From Eledone cirrhosa (taxonomy: Eukaryota), in NCBI GenBank assembly GCA_964016885.1, contig OZ024748.1, forward strand, positions 28,458,001 to 28,522,000: a DNA stretch of 64,000 nt, in the 5' to 3' direction. The number at the start of each line of letters is the position of its first letter. The stretch's first letter is position 1. Below, in pieces: positions 25,835 to 39,271 of this stretch. Position numbers and translations under genes: made by a program. The notes below the pieces were generated by a model, which worked only from the letters and a program-made list of their open reading frames with translations, searched no databases and was not told where the DNA came from.

Positions 25835-26978
25835 GTAAGGGAGATGCACTGGAAGAAATATATTAGTTTAATGCTTGAAATAGCAGGAAGAGTCGTTTAA
25901 TTTCGGATACTAGTCCTTCATCATAAGATAGAGTTAGAAATAGAAGATAAATAAAAATTAAAGAGTGATGAGAGGGAGGATAGGGAAAAATGAGTAAAAA
26001 AAAAAGGGAGAGAAAAAAATACGTGCGTATTCAGTCGGTCATCTTGGAGCGTGGCTGGTGGATGATAATTACGGCGTAAAAGAGGCTCACAAAGGGAGAT
26101 AACTAATGTATAGTGAGTATGCGTGCTTGTGTTAATGTATGTGTGCGTGCGCGTGAAGATGTGTTCGTATGCTTGAAGGAGAAACCTTGAAGCGTGACAA
26201 GCTGGCTGCTGAGAGAGTGTAAGTGTGAGTGACAATCTGACTGCTGAACGAAGTAAAGGGGTGTGTAAGAATGTATATGAATTTCAACATATATGTACAT
26301 AAACAAACGCACACACCGCAGCAGCGGAAAGGGTAGTGAGCAGTGGACGGTATATTACATAACCTGGCATGGTTGTAAGAGAAGTTGCACAACTTCACAT
26401 ACAACGATACTGTGGCACAACCGTAAACGGCTAAGCTTGCAAGGTGTGAGGTTTTTATGTTTGTGGAAGGAACCAAGAAGTGGTGGGGACAGATTAAATG
26501 TTAGGAAATATTCACCACCGACAACTCCACAGCCACGGTACTAGGTGCCACGCACTAGGTGCCACGCAAAATCAGATGAGAATGTAAGAGAGTCAAGCAC
26601 GCAGGGATGTGAACACAGGAAAGTGTGTCGGTAGTGTGTGTGCGGGCGGGTGAACATACGTTTGCAAGCAGCTGAAAGTAAAGGATGTGTGCAGAAGTAG
26701 ATGTGTGTGGAGTGGTATATAAATATGGATGTTGTAAATGTACGCGTATATTGTGTGGTGGGTGAAGTTGTGTGTGTGTATATATATTCGTGTGTTTGTG
26801 TGTGAGAGTAAGGGTAAAGGGAGATTAAAGGAACTGGGGTGGTGGTGTCAAACGGAAAAGAGGTTCCAAGGCGAAAAATGAAGTTCTGCTCGCTATGTAT
26901 ATGTGTGTATGAGCGCGCGCGCGCATTTATGTGTGTGTCTGTGTGTACGTGTGAATATGTGTGTCTTTGCCTGTGCTC

Positions 26979-27061
26979 ATTCTTCTTCTTCTTCTTCTTC
27001 TTCTTCTTCTTCTTCTTCTTCTTCTTCTTCTTCTTCTTCTTCTTCTTCTTCTTCTTCTTCT
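26979..27061. repeat. (TTC)n microsatellite
   Basis: Direct reading. Confidence 0.95.
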
Positions 27062-27508
27062 CCTCCTCCGCCTCCTCTTTTTCTCTCCGCTGCCAGTTAC
27101 ATTTCCCACCTGTCCCCCCCCCCCCCCAGAGTATAAAGATAGGAAGAAGAAGTGATAGATGCCAACTTTTTTAAATTGATAGACCTGCAGAATCGGTAGA
27201 GCATCAAAGAAAATGTGCTCACCTTATTCTAATAATTCTCTGTTGAAAGTGTCCTATACAGCAGTTTATAATCTAAGAATAGAATGTGTCGCTTCTTGGA
27301 TCCAGACGATTAAGATTTTTTGGTCATATCTCACGAATCCCGAATCCCTTCGCAATTGTTGTATGGAGAACTAGCAGAGGGTCCTTAGATGTGGTCCTTA
27401 GATGTGCTTGAAGGAGCTTGGAAAAGTCCTGCTTTGATAAAAGGAAATGGCAAGAGTCAGCTGAGGACCGTAGCAATTGAAGATCAGCTGTTCATATAGG
27501 AACTAACA

Positions 27509-27509
27509 G

Positions 27510-27547
<38 letters not shown>

Positions 27548-27793
27548 GTGGTAATGATGATGATGATGATGATGATGATGATGGTGGTGATGGTGATGAT
27601 GGCGATGGTAATGATGGTGAAGATGATGTTAGAGATGGTGATAATAGTAATGATGATGATGATGGTGATGGTGATGGCGATGGTGATGGTGATGGTGATA
27701 ATGATGGTGATGATGATGATGATGATGATGATGGCGATGGCGATGGCCATGGTAATGATGGTGAAGATGATGTTAGAGATAGTGATAATAGTA

Positions 27794-27834
<41 letters not shown>

Positions 27835-27889
27835 AGCAATGATGATGATGGCGATGGTGGTGGTGATGTTAGAGATGGTGATAATAGTA

Positions 27890-27921
<32 letters not shown>

Positions 27922-29950
27922 GATGGTGATGTTGTCATTGGTGGTGGCGATGGTGTTGATGGTGATGATGATGGTAATGGTGATGATGATGGTAATGGTG
28001 ATGGTGATGGTAATGATGATGCTGATAATAGTGATGTTGATGATAGTGATGATGTTAGTGTCGACGATGGTAGTGATGGTGGTGATGATGTTTGTGGGGG
28101 TGGTAGTGGTGGTGATGATGGTGATGGTGGTGGAAGTGGTAGGGATGTATCACTAGTGGTGGGGTGTGGTGTTGGTGGTGAAGGTGAAGGTGGTGATAGT
28201 AGTGGTAGTAGTAGCGATGGTAGAGGTGGCAGTGGTGTTTGATAAGTGGTGATGATGTTGGGAGTAATGATGATAGTTGTGGTAGTAGTGGTGGTGGTGG
28301 TGGTGGTGGTGGTAGTAGTGGTGGTGGTGGTGGTGGTGGTGGTGGTGGTAGTAGTGGTGGTGGTGGTGGTGGTAGTTGTGGTAGTGGTGGTGGTGGTGGT
28401 GGTGGTAGTAGTAGTGCTGGTGGTGGTGGTGGTAGTTGTGGTAGTAGTGGTGGTGGTGGTTGTGGTAGTAGTAGTAGTAGTGGTGGTGGTGGTGGTGGTG
28501 GTGGTGGTAGTGGTGGTGGTGGTGGTGGTGGTGGTGGTGGTGGTGGTGGTAGTAGTAGTAGTAGTAGTGGTGGTGGTGGTGGTGGTGGTGGTGGTGGTGG
28601 TAGTGGTGCTGGTGGTGGTGGTAGTAGTAGTAGTGGTGGTGGTGGTGGTGGTGGTGGTGGTAGTAGTGGTGGTGGTGGTTGTGGTAGTAGTAGTAGTAGT
28701 GGTGGTGGTTGTGGTAGTAGTAGTAGTAGTGGTGGTGGTGGTGGTGGTGGTGGTGGTAGTAGTGGTGGTGGTGGTGGTGGTAGTTGTGGTAGTGGTGGTG
28801 GTGGTGGTGGTGGTAGTAGTAGTGCTGGTGGTGGTGGTGGTAGTAGTGGTAGTGGTGGTGGTGGGGGTGGGGGTGGTGGTGGTAGCAGTGGTGGTGGTGG
28901 TGGTGGTAGTAGTTGTGGTAGTGGTGGTGGTGGTGGTGGTGGTAGTAGTAGTGCTGGTGGTGGTGGTGGTGGTGGTGGTGGTAGTAGTAGTAGTGGTGGT
29001 GGTGGTGGTGGTAGTTGTGGTAGTGGTGGTGGTGGTGGTGGTGGTAGTAGTAGTGCTGGTGGTGGTGGTGGTAGTTGTGGTAGTGGTGGTGGTGGTAATG
29101 ATGATAGTTGTGGTAGTAGTAGTGGTGGTGGTGGTGGTGGTGGTAGTAGTAGGGCTGGTGGAGGTGGTGGTTGTGGTAGTGGTGGTGGCGGTGGTGGTGG
29201 TAGTAGTAGTGCTGGTGGTGGTGGTGGCTGTGGTGGTGGTAGTAGTAGCGCTGGTGGTGGTGGTGGTGGTAATTGTGGTAGTGGTGGTGGCGGTAATGAG
29301 GATAGTTGTGGTAATAGTGGTGATGGTGGTGGTTGTAGTTGTAGTAGTAGTGCTGGTGGTGGTAGTGGTGGTGGTGGTAGTAGTAGTGCTGGTGGTGGTG
29401 GTGGTGGTGGTGGTAATTGTGGTAGTGGTGGTGGCGGTAATGAGGATAGTTGTGGTTGTAGTGGTGGTGGTGGTGGTTGTAGTTGTAGTAGTAGTGCTGG
29501 TGGTGGTGGTGGTAGTTGTGGTAGTGGTGGTGGTGGTGGTGGTAGTAGTAGTGCTGGTGGTGGTGGTGGTAGTTGAGGTAGTGGATGTGGTGGTGATGAG
29601 AATAGTTGTGGTAGTAGTGGTGGTGGTGGTGGTTGTGGTAGTTGTAGTAGTAGTGCTGGTGGTGGTAGTTGTGGTAGTTGTAGTAGTGGTGGTGGCGGTG
29701 ATGAGGATAGTTGTGGTAGTAGTGGTGGTGGTGGTGGTTGTAGTTGTAGTAGTAGTGCTGGTGGTGGTAGTTGTGGTAGTGGTGGTGGCGGTGATGAGGA
29801 TAGTTGTGGTAGTAGTGGTGGTGGTGGTGGTTGTTGTAGTAGTAGTGGTGGTGGTGGTGGTGATGGTGGTAGTAGTAGTGGTGGTGGTGGTGGTGGTGGT
29901 GGTGGTGGTGGTGACAGTTATGGTAGTGTAGGTAGTAGTGGTGATGGGGG
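27509..29950. repeat. Compound (GAT)n then (GGT/AGT)n array, ~2.4 kb
   Basis: Direct reading; source of the poly-T/H/G/V/M ORFs. Confidence 0.95.
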
Positions 29951-30052
29951 CGACAGTTATGATAACTGTTGTCACATGACACTCAACCCTGTGTTGACAT
30001 AACACTACTGTGGTGATAATGTTACGCAGGAAATGTCTTTTCACGTGTACCA

Positions 30053-30136
30053 TGTGTGTGTGTCTATATATGTGTGTGTGTGTGGGCGTGTGTGTGTGTG
30101 TATCCGTGTGTTTGTGTGTGTGTGTGTGTGTGTGTC

Positions 30137-30178
<42 letters not shown>

Positions 30179-30208
30179 TGTGTGTGTGTGGATGTGTGTG
30201 TGTATGTA

Positions 30209-30252
<44 letters not shown>

Positions 30253-30269
30253 TGTGTGTGTATGTATCC

Positions 30270-30310
<41 letters not shown>

Positions 30311-30383
30311 TGTGTGTGTGTGTGTATGTGTGTATGTGTGTGTGTGTGTGTATGTATCCGTGTGTTTGTGTGTGTGTGTGTGT
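30053..30383. repeat. (TG)n with periodic tatgtatccg interruptions
   Basis: Direct reading. Confidence 0.9.
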
Positions 30384-30684
30384 TTGCTGTAGATGCTGCT
30401 GTTATAGCTGTTGATTTTCTCTTCTTGTTGCTGCTGCCAATGTTGTTGTTATTGCTGTTACTGCTACTGCCACTGTTATTGTTTCTGCTGTTGTTGTTGT
30501 TGTTGTTTGAGTAGTGGTGGCAGAGACTGAACGTCGGATCGTTGTTATCACTGACACTGTTGTCGTTGTCGTCGTTGTCGTTGTTGTTGTTTTGGTGGTG
30601 ATGGCGGTGTGTGTGTGTGTGGTGGTGGGGGGGGGGGGGGGGACATTAGAACGGCCGATTGTATGCTTTGCATTATTCATTTTG

Positions 30685-30770
30685 TCTGATTTCAAATCCC
30701 ACCGACATTAACTTTGCCTTTCATCTTTCCGGGGGTTGATAATCAAAATACCCGTGTACCAGTAATTAAC
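30685..30770 (+). mobile_element. Diverged SINE family A-related fragment
   Basis: ttcaaatcccaccgacattaactttgcctttcatctttccggggg. Confidence 0.6.
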
Positions 30771-30889
30771 TTAACGTACACTTGACCCTGTTTGTGTCGT
30801 CCTAAATCTAATTTTGTGCAGTGTGCCTACATTTTTGTGCCAAATGCTACATATAGTAAATAATGGTTAAATGCTTAAAACGCTTATAC

Positions 30890-31210
30890 CAGTCATAGGC
30901 AAACTTGGGACTCGTTTAGCTCACTGAATGTCACACCTTATGATGAGCCACATACTATGAGACCCGTCTTATGATGAGCCACATACTATGAGACCCGTCT
31001 TATGATGAGCCACATACTATGAGACCCGTCTTAGGATAAGCCATATACTATGAAGCCCGTTTTATGATGAACCACATATTATGAGGCCCGTCTTATGATG
31101 AACCACATACTATGAGGCCCGTCTTAGGATAAGCCACATACTATAAGGCCTGCCTTAGGATAAGCCATATATTATGAGGCCCAATGCTCGAAAAATGTTG
31201 CCCATGCCTG
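30890..31210. mobile_element. hAT-like MITE containing ~8 copies of a 29-bp tandem repeat
   Basis: TIRs cagtcataggcaa / ttgcccatgcctg; 8-bp TSD gcttatac / gcttataa; internal unit cttatgatgagccacatactatgagacccgt-like at 30937-31182. Confidence 0.78.
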
Positions 31211-31712
31211 GCTTATAACATTTAAAATAGCAATTATATTACAAATGTTTCTCAGACTCCGGGAATATCAATCACTGGGTGATATCACTTGCCTGAAAGA
31301 TTTATTCAGTACGTGCTACTTATAATTAAAAGACCTACTAGTACGCGGACTTTTACTTGCTGAGGCCCTCTGTAAAATAATATTATTATTATTAGATGAG
31401 GGTACATCGTCTTCTCCCTCTTTCTGTCACCCCTCCCCTCTAAACAAATGGCGTTTCTGTTCTCTCTCTCTATATATATATGTATATCTCTTTCGCTTTG
31501 CACTCTCCCTGTCTTTATATAGATAAGGGTGACGTCGTAGCTTTCTGTCTATCTACCTTTTTCTGTCACATCGAAAACACACAACGCTCCCTTTTCTCTC
31601 TCTATCTATATACATATCTCTCGCTTGGTGCTCCCCCTCTCAATATAAAGTGGGTGTGACGGACGGAGGGACGGACGGGCGGATGGACAGACGCTCATAT
31701 TGTAATAATAAA

Positions 31713-31754
<42 letters not shown>

Positions 31755-31763
<9 letters not shown>

Positions 31764-32070
31764 TAGCAAGATTCTTTATCTGAAAACGTGTGTTGAAACC
31801 GATATTATTATACTTTGGGAGGGTCATGTTGCCAATAAGAAACACACGCACCAGTTGCTTTCACTTCAATTTATTATAATAAATTTATAAATTTAGGAAT
31901 TTATAAATTTCCGGTTGGTTGGTTGGTTCCACAACCAGATGGTTGTTTATATATTGTCAAAGTTCTTTCGTCACACATTCTGTGACCTCTTCAGTGACTG
32001 GGGATTCTTTTCTTTGTTTTTGTGCCTCTCCTTTGTTCTGTCCTACGCCATCTTGTTTTTGTGTGACACA
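31755..32070 (-). mobile_element. Family P1 Penelope-like terminal fragment with a hammerhead at 31956-31998
   Basis: gtca CTGAAGA g gtcaca-gaatg-tgtgac GAAA gaactt tgac; homologous to 13150-13700. Confidence 0.65.
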
Positions 32071-32304
32071 CACAAATCCCCGCCCGTCCGTCCCTCTGTC
32101 CGTCACGGATATATATATATATTAAAATAACAGATTAAAGTTTAAGCAAAGAATCGCTGCTTTCACCCTTAACGGGATCTTCTGAAACTCTACGGTTCTT
32201 ATATATTTGATATATATTTATCCTTATCGAGCCCTCTTTGGATTTTAGTCTTCAAATTTATTATTATTACTATATATATATGATGATGATGATGATGATG
32301 ATGA

Positions 32305-32358
<54 letters not shown>

Positions 32359-32400
32359 ATGAGGAGGAGGAGGAGGATTTAGTATTGAAGAATAAGAAAA

Positions 32401-32586
32401 TAATTGTTTCTACTTTTGGCACAAGGCCAGCAAAACCCAATACATTACTGGTACTTTATTTTATCGACCCCGTAAGGATGAAAGGCAAAGTTAACCTCGG
32501 CGGGATTTGAACTCAGAATGATAAGGGCCATAACTCTATTCGTCAAAGCATGGCGTCCGACCCTCTACCGATACTACCAATCCACC
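32401..32586 (-). mobile_element. SINE family A copy
   Basis: Same body and boxes. Confidence 0.85.
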
Positions 32587-33147
32587 AAATAATGATAAAA
32601 CAAAAGATGAGGACCCGGAGGGTATGTAGCTATAGCTTATTTAGTTTATAGGTAAGTCCAGTTCTGTTACTAGTACAGGTATTGGTTCTTACTCGTAGAA
32701 TGAATGGCGTTAAAATAAAGAAAGGGAGACAAAAACAAAATAAAAAATATAAATGAAAACAAACCCCGGTATCGCGGCAATACAGAAGACCGGAAGACAA
32801 GCGAATACGAGAGTGTGCCCGGCCGCTTTCTCTCGAACCCCGGACAGCTGATCTCCTCCGTAAAATCGGATCGATAGCAGCCTGCCTGAGAAAGGAGTCA
32901 CACGAGGTGGGGTGGCTCTTGCAGTGTGCGTCGCTGGCCATTGTCCGCGGAAATGACTTTGCTATTTTGTCCGGGGACGCAGCCGAAACACCACTCTGTA
33001 GAGTCTGTAACCCTCCCCCTTCCTCCTTTCTTTCTTCCTTTGTCTAGTTGCACTTGTTCCCCTCCTTTTCTTCTCATTTATGGCATTTATAAACGAGAAA
33101 ATTAAACAAACAACAAGAATAAAATGTTTGAGAAAGTTAACGGCTAA

Positions 33148-33347
33148 NNNNNNNNNNNNNNNNNNNNNNNNNNNNNNNNNNNNNNNNNNNNNNNNNNNNN
33201 NNNNNNNNNNNNNNNNNNNNNNNNNNNNNNNNNNNNNNNNNNNNNNNNNNNNNNNNNNNNNNNNNNNNNNNNNNNNNNNNNNNNNNNNNNNNNNNNNNNN
33301 NNNNNNNNNNNNNNNNNNNNNNNNNNNNNNNNNNNNNNNNNNNNNNN
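33148..33347. other. Assembly gap (200 N)
   Basis: Run of n. Confidence 1.
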
Positions 33348-34850
33348 CACCACCACCACCACCTGTAGCACCACCACCATCATCACAACTGCCACCACCA
33401 CCACCACCACCACCACCACCACCACCACCACCACCACCACCAGCACCACCACCTGTAGCACCACCAACACCATCATCACCACTGCCACCACCACCACCAC
33501 CACCACCTGTAGCACCACCACCACCATCATCACAACTGCCACCACCACCACCACCACCACCTGTAGCCACCAACACCATCATCACCACTGCCACCACCAC
33601 CACCACCACCACCATCATCACCACTGCACCACCACCACCACCACCACCACCACCACCACCACCACCACCACCACCATCATCACCACTGCCACCACCACCA
33701 CCACCACCACCACCATCATCACCACTGCCACCACCACCACCACCACCACCACCACCACCACCACCACCACCACCATCATCACCACTGCCACCACCACCAC
33801 CACTGCCACCACCACCATCATCACCACTGCCACCACCACCACCTGTAGCACCTACCAACACCATCATCACCACTGCCACCACCACCACCACCACCACCAT
33901 CATCACCACTGCCACACCACCACCATCATCACCACTGCCACCACCACCACCACCACAGCCACCACCACCACCACCACCATCATCACCACTGCCACCACCA
34001 CCACCACCACCACCACCATCATCACCACTGCCACCACCACCACCACCACCACCACCATCATCACCACTGCCACCACCACCACCACCACCACCACCACCAC
34101 CACCACCACCACCACCACCATCATCACCACTGCCACCACCACCACCACTGCCACCACCACCATCATCACCACTGCCACCACCACCACCTGTAGCCCCACC
34201 ACCACCATCATCACCACTGCCACCACCACCACCACCCACCTGTAGCACCACCACCATCATCACAACTGCCACCACCACCACCACCACCACCACCACCACC
34301 ACCACCACCACCACCACCAGCACCACCACCTGTAGCACCACCAACACCATCATCACCACTGCCACCACCACCACCACCACCACCTGTAGCACCACCACCA
34401 CCATCATCACAACTGCCACCACCACCACCACCACCACCTGTAGCACCACCAACACCATCATCACCACTGCCACCACCACCACCACCACCACCATCATCAC
34501 CACTGCCACCACCACCACCACCACCACCACCACCACCACCACCACCACCACCACCATCATCACCACTGCCACCACCACCACCACCACCACCACCATCATC
34601 ACCACTGCCACCACCACCACCACCACCACCACCACCACCACCACCACCACCACCACCATCATCACCACTGCCACCACCACCACCACTGCCACCACTACCA
34701 TCATCACCACTGCCACCACCACCACCTGTAGCACCACCAACACCATCATCATCACTGCCATGACCACCCTCTGTAGTAGGAGCAGCAGCAACACTACCAC
34801 CACCACTACCACCACCACCACCACCACCACCATCAACAACAACAACAACA
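33348..34850. repeat. (CAC)n array with recurring catcatcaccactgc and ctgtagc modules
   Basis: Direct reading. Confidence 0.95.
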
Positions 34851-34983
34851 CCAGGCTAGGGATCTCTGGAAGTTGTACACAGTCCCTTGTGGGGTATGTT
34901 CATAGCAATAAGATGTTCAATTATTCTTCATCAGCGTCTCCAAGATTCTCGCCACCAACCTTGTTACTCTTCATCCCATCCCA

Positions 34984-35025
<42 letters not shown>

Positions 35026-35058
35026 GCGCGCGCACACATACACACACGCGCGCACACA

Positions 35059-35101
<43 letters not shown>

Positions 35102-35150
35102 ACACATAATCGCGAACATACATACGCACACACAAACCGTCTTATGGATT

Positions 35151-35246
35151 GAAGAAGAAGAAGAAGAAGAAGAAGAAGAAGAAGAAGAAGAAGAAGAAGA
35201 AGAAGAAGAAGAAGAAGAAGAAGAAGAAGAAGAAGAAGAAGAAGAA
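35151..35246. repeat. (GAA)n microsatellite
   Basis: Direct reading. Confidence 0.95.
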
Positions 35247-35348
35247 TTGAGATATCGATACTGTTGTGATGGTGATGATGGTGGCGGGTGTTGATGATGA
35301 TGTTGATGATATTGATAGCGATGGTGATGGTGATGATTATGTTGATGT

Positions 35349-35380
<32 letters not shown>

Positions 35381-35659
35381 GTGTTGATGGTGATGATGGT
35401 GTTGATGGTGATGATGGTGTTGATGATGATGATGATGTTGATGGTGATGAATGGTGATGATGGTGATGATGGTGATGATGGTGGTGCTGTTGATGTTTAT
35501 GACGATGGTGATGATGATTATGTCGATGATGATGTTGATGGTGATCGTGATGTTGATGATGATGGTGATTGTGATGATGATGACGATAATGTTGATGATG
35601 GTGATGGTGATGATGGCAATGATGGCAATGATAATGGTGATGTTGATAATGGTGATGTT

Positions 35660-37387
35660 GATGGCGATGTTGGTGCTAGTGCTGCTGAGATGGTGATGGT
35701 GATGGTGATGTTGGTGCTAGTGCTGCTGAGATGGTGATGGTGATGGTGATGTTGGTGCTAGTGCTGCTGATGATGGTGATGGTGATGGTGATGTTGGTGC
35801 TAGTGCTGCTGATGATGGTGATGGTGATGGTGATGTTGGTGCTAGTGCTGCTGACGATGGTGATGGTGATGGTGATGTTGGTGCTAGTGCTGCTGATGAT
35901 GGTGATGGTGATGGTGATGTTGGTGCTAGTGCTGCTGATGATGGTGATGGTGATGGTGATGTTGGTGCTAGTGCTGCTGACGATGGTGATGGTGATGGTG
36001 ATGTTGGTGCTAGTGCTGCTGACGATGGTGATGATGGCGATGTTGGTGCTAGTGCTGCTGAGATGGTGATGGTGATGGTGATGTTGGTGCTAGTGCTGCT
36101 GAGATGGTGATGGTGATGGTGATGTTGGTGCTAGTGCTGCTGATGATGGTGATGGTGATGGTGATGTTGGTGCTAGTGCTGCTGATGATGGTGATGGTGA
36201 TGGTGATGTTGGTGCTAGTGCTGCTGACGATGGTGATGGTGATGGTGATGTTGGTGCTAGTGCTGCTGATGATGGTGATGGTGATGGTGATGTTGGTGCT
36301 AGTGCTGCTGATGATGGTGATGGTGATGGTGATGTTGGTGCTAGTGCTGCTGACGATGGTGATGGTGATGGTGATGTTGGTGCTAGTGCTGCTGACGATG
36401 GTGATGGTGATGGTGATGTTGGTGCTAGTGCTGCTGACGATGGTGATGGTGATGTTGGTGCTAGTGCTGCTGACGATGGTGATGGTAATGATGGCGATGT
36501 TGGTGCTAGTGCTGCTGACGATGGTGATGGTGATGGTGATGTTGGTGCTAGTGCTGCTGACGATGGTGATGGTGATGGTGATGTTGGTGCTAGTGCTGCT
36601 GACGATGGTGATGGTGATGGTGATGTTGGTGCTAGTGCTGCTGACGATGGTGATGGTGATGTTGGTGCTAGTGCTGCTGACGATGGTGATGGTGATGGTG
36701 ATGTTGGTGCTAGTGCTGCTGACGATGGTGATGGTGATGGTGATGTTGGTGCTAGTGCTGCTGATGATGGTGATGGTGATGGTGATGTTGGTGCTAGTGC
36801 TGCTGACGATGGTGATGGTGATGGTGATGTTGGTGCTAGTGCTGCTGATGATGGTGATGGTGATGGTGATGGTGATGTTGGTGCTAGTGCTGCTGATGAT
36901 GGTGATGGTGATGGTGATGTTGGTGCTAGTGCTGCTGACGATGGTGATGGTGATGGTGATGTTGGTGCTAGTGCTGCTGACGATGGTGATGGTAATGATG
37001 GCGATGTTGGTGCTAGTGCTGCTGATGATGGTGATGGTGATGGTGATGTTGGTGCTAGTGCTGCTGACGATGGTGATGGTGATGGTGATGTTGGTGCTAG
37101 TGCTGCTGACGATGGTGCTGGTGATGGTGATGTTGGTGCTAGTGCTGCTGACGATGGTGATGGTGATGGTGATGTTGGTGCTAGTGCTGCTGACGATGGT
37201 GATGGTGATGGTGATGTTGGTGCTAGTGCTGCTGATGATGGTGATGGTGATGGTGATGTTGGTGCTAGTGCTGCTGACGATGGTGAAGGTAATGATGGCG
37301 ATGTTGGTGCTAGTGCTGCTGATGATGGTGATGGTGATGGTGATGTTGGTGCTAGTGCTGCTGACGATGGTGATGGTGCTGGTGATG
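35660..37387. repeat. 42-bp minisatellite, ~40 copies, preceded by a degenerate (GAT)n tract
   Basis: Unit gatggtgatggtgatggtgatgttggtgctagtgctgctga(c/t). Confidence 0.95.
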
Positions 37388-37480
37388 TAGAAATATCTGG
37401 CTTGATCTGAACTGGCAGTGGGAACCTGTAAAGCTGTCTTTGGTGATGATATTTAATGTCATTGATATAGAGCAGATATG

Positions 37481-37550
<70 letters not shown>

Positions 37551-37604
37551 GTATATATATATATATATACGTATATATATATATATATATAGATATATAT
37601 ATAC

Positions 37605-37650
<46 letters not shown>

Positions 37651-37684
37651 GTATATATATATAGATATATAGATATATATATAC

Positions 37685-37723
<39 letters not shown>

Positions 37724-37758
37724 TATACGTATATATATATATATATATATATATATAC

Positions 37759-37803
<45 letters not shown>

Positions 37804-37805
37804 CG

Positions 37806-37910
<105 letters not shown>

Positions 37911-38083
37911 GGACATCTGGTATAGTGCAGCAGTGTAGGATGTGCGTGGTTGAGATGAGATGGAAGAAGAGAGAAGAGGGAGTTGAGAGGAAGAGATGGG
38001 GGTTGTGAGTGATTACGGAAAAGAAAAGAGAACCGGAGAGATAGGTAGGTAGTGAGATGATGATGATGATGATGAGGTTGTCC

Positions 38084-38380
38084 GTGACGATTATGATGAT
38101 TGTGGTAGTGGTTGTGGTGATGATGGTGATCATGTTGCTGATGGTGATGATGGTGATGATGGTGATGATGGTGCTGATGAGGATGGGGTGATAATGGTGA
38201 TGATGGTGATGATGGTGATGATGGTGCTGATGAGGATGGGGTGATAATGGTGATGATGGTGATGATGGTGATGATGGTGATGATGGTGCTGATGAGGATG
38301 GGGTGATAATGGTGATGATGGTGATGATGGTGATGATGGTGATGATGGTGGTGATGGTGCTGATGAGGACGGGGTGATAA
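38084..38380. repeat. GAT/GGT-derived repeat with ggtgctgatgaggatggggtgataat modules
   Basis: Direct reading. Confidence 0.85.
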
Positions 38381-38569
38381 TAAGCATAGAAGTCAAAAAC
38401 AAACCACAAGAATGAGCCGCATAGAACCGACCACATCCCCTAACCTACCACCCCTTCCCGACTAAATAATAATCATCTTCACCCCCCCCCCCCCCCCCCT
38501 TTTCATGTGTTTACCTTAAACTTGCACATACAAATTCACACACTCGCTCTCTCCCCCACCCCTCTTACT

Positions 38570-38602
<33 letters not shown>

Positions 38603-38926
38603 AAATATAAAACCTCTCTCCAATTATCCCGTCATTTTGTCATCCAATCCACCACTACTACCACCACCCCCACCTCCACCACAACACACCACCACCACCA
38701 CGACTTCTACCACCACCACGACCACTTCTACCACCACCACGACCACCACACCACACCACACCACCACGACCACTTATACCACCACCATCTCCACCCACCA
38801 CTACCACCACCACCACCACCACCACCATCATACCAAGGCTAAGCAGAATAACAGAAGAGGGTCTGTGTAGGATTCTTGTGAAATTCCTGTGAAGAACAGT
38901 GCGACGGCGTCATATGATATATATAC

Positions 38927-38959
<33 letters not shown>

Positions 38960-39271
38960 GCTCTCTCTCTTTATATATATTTTATGTATATATGTGTGTC
39001 TGTCTCTGTGTGTCTGCGTGTGTATTATGTATGTACGTTCTTCTGGTTTTATAATTTTATAAATGTTTACCAATCGAGAAAGAGTCGGTTTCTAACACAA
39101 GACTCGTTCATTGGAATTTAGACAACATCAACTAGGTAGCTATGTATGCATGTCTGCATGCGGGCGAGTATGTGCAGGTATGGATGTTATTGTATGTGTG
39201 GAGGTGTATGTTTTGAGTTATATGTGTGCATGTGTATATGCTTTGTATCTGTACATGTGTAAATGCAGTTA

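Noticed and set aside
27484-30053. Long poly-Thr/His/Gly/Val/Met ORFs (up to 853 aa)
   Set aside because: Translations of stop-free trinucleotide arrays, open in several frames on both strands
30937-31182. 29-bp repeats as a CRISPR array
   Set aside because: Units are contiguous with no unique spacers, no cas genes, eukaryotic context
32962-35152. 629/690-aa Gly- or Pro-rich ORFs (formin/extensin-like)
   Set aside because: They span the N gap and a CAC array; artefacts
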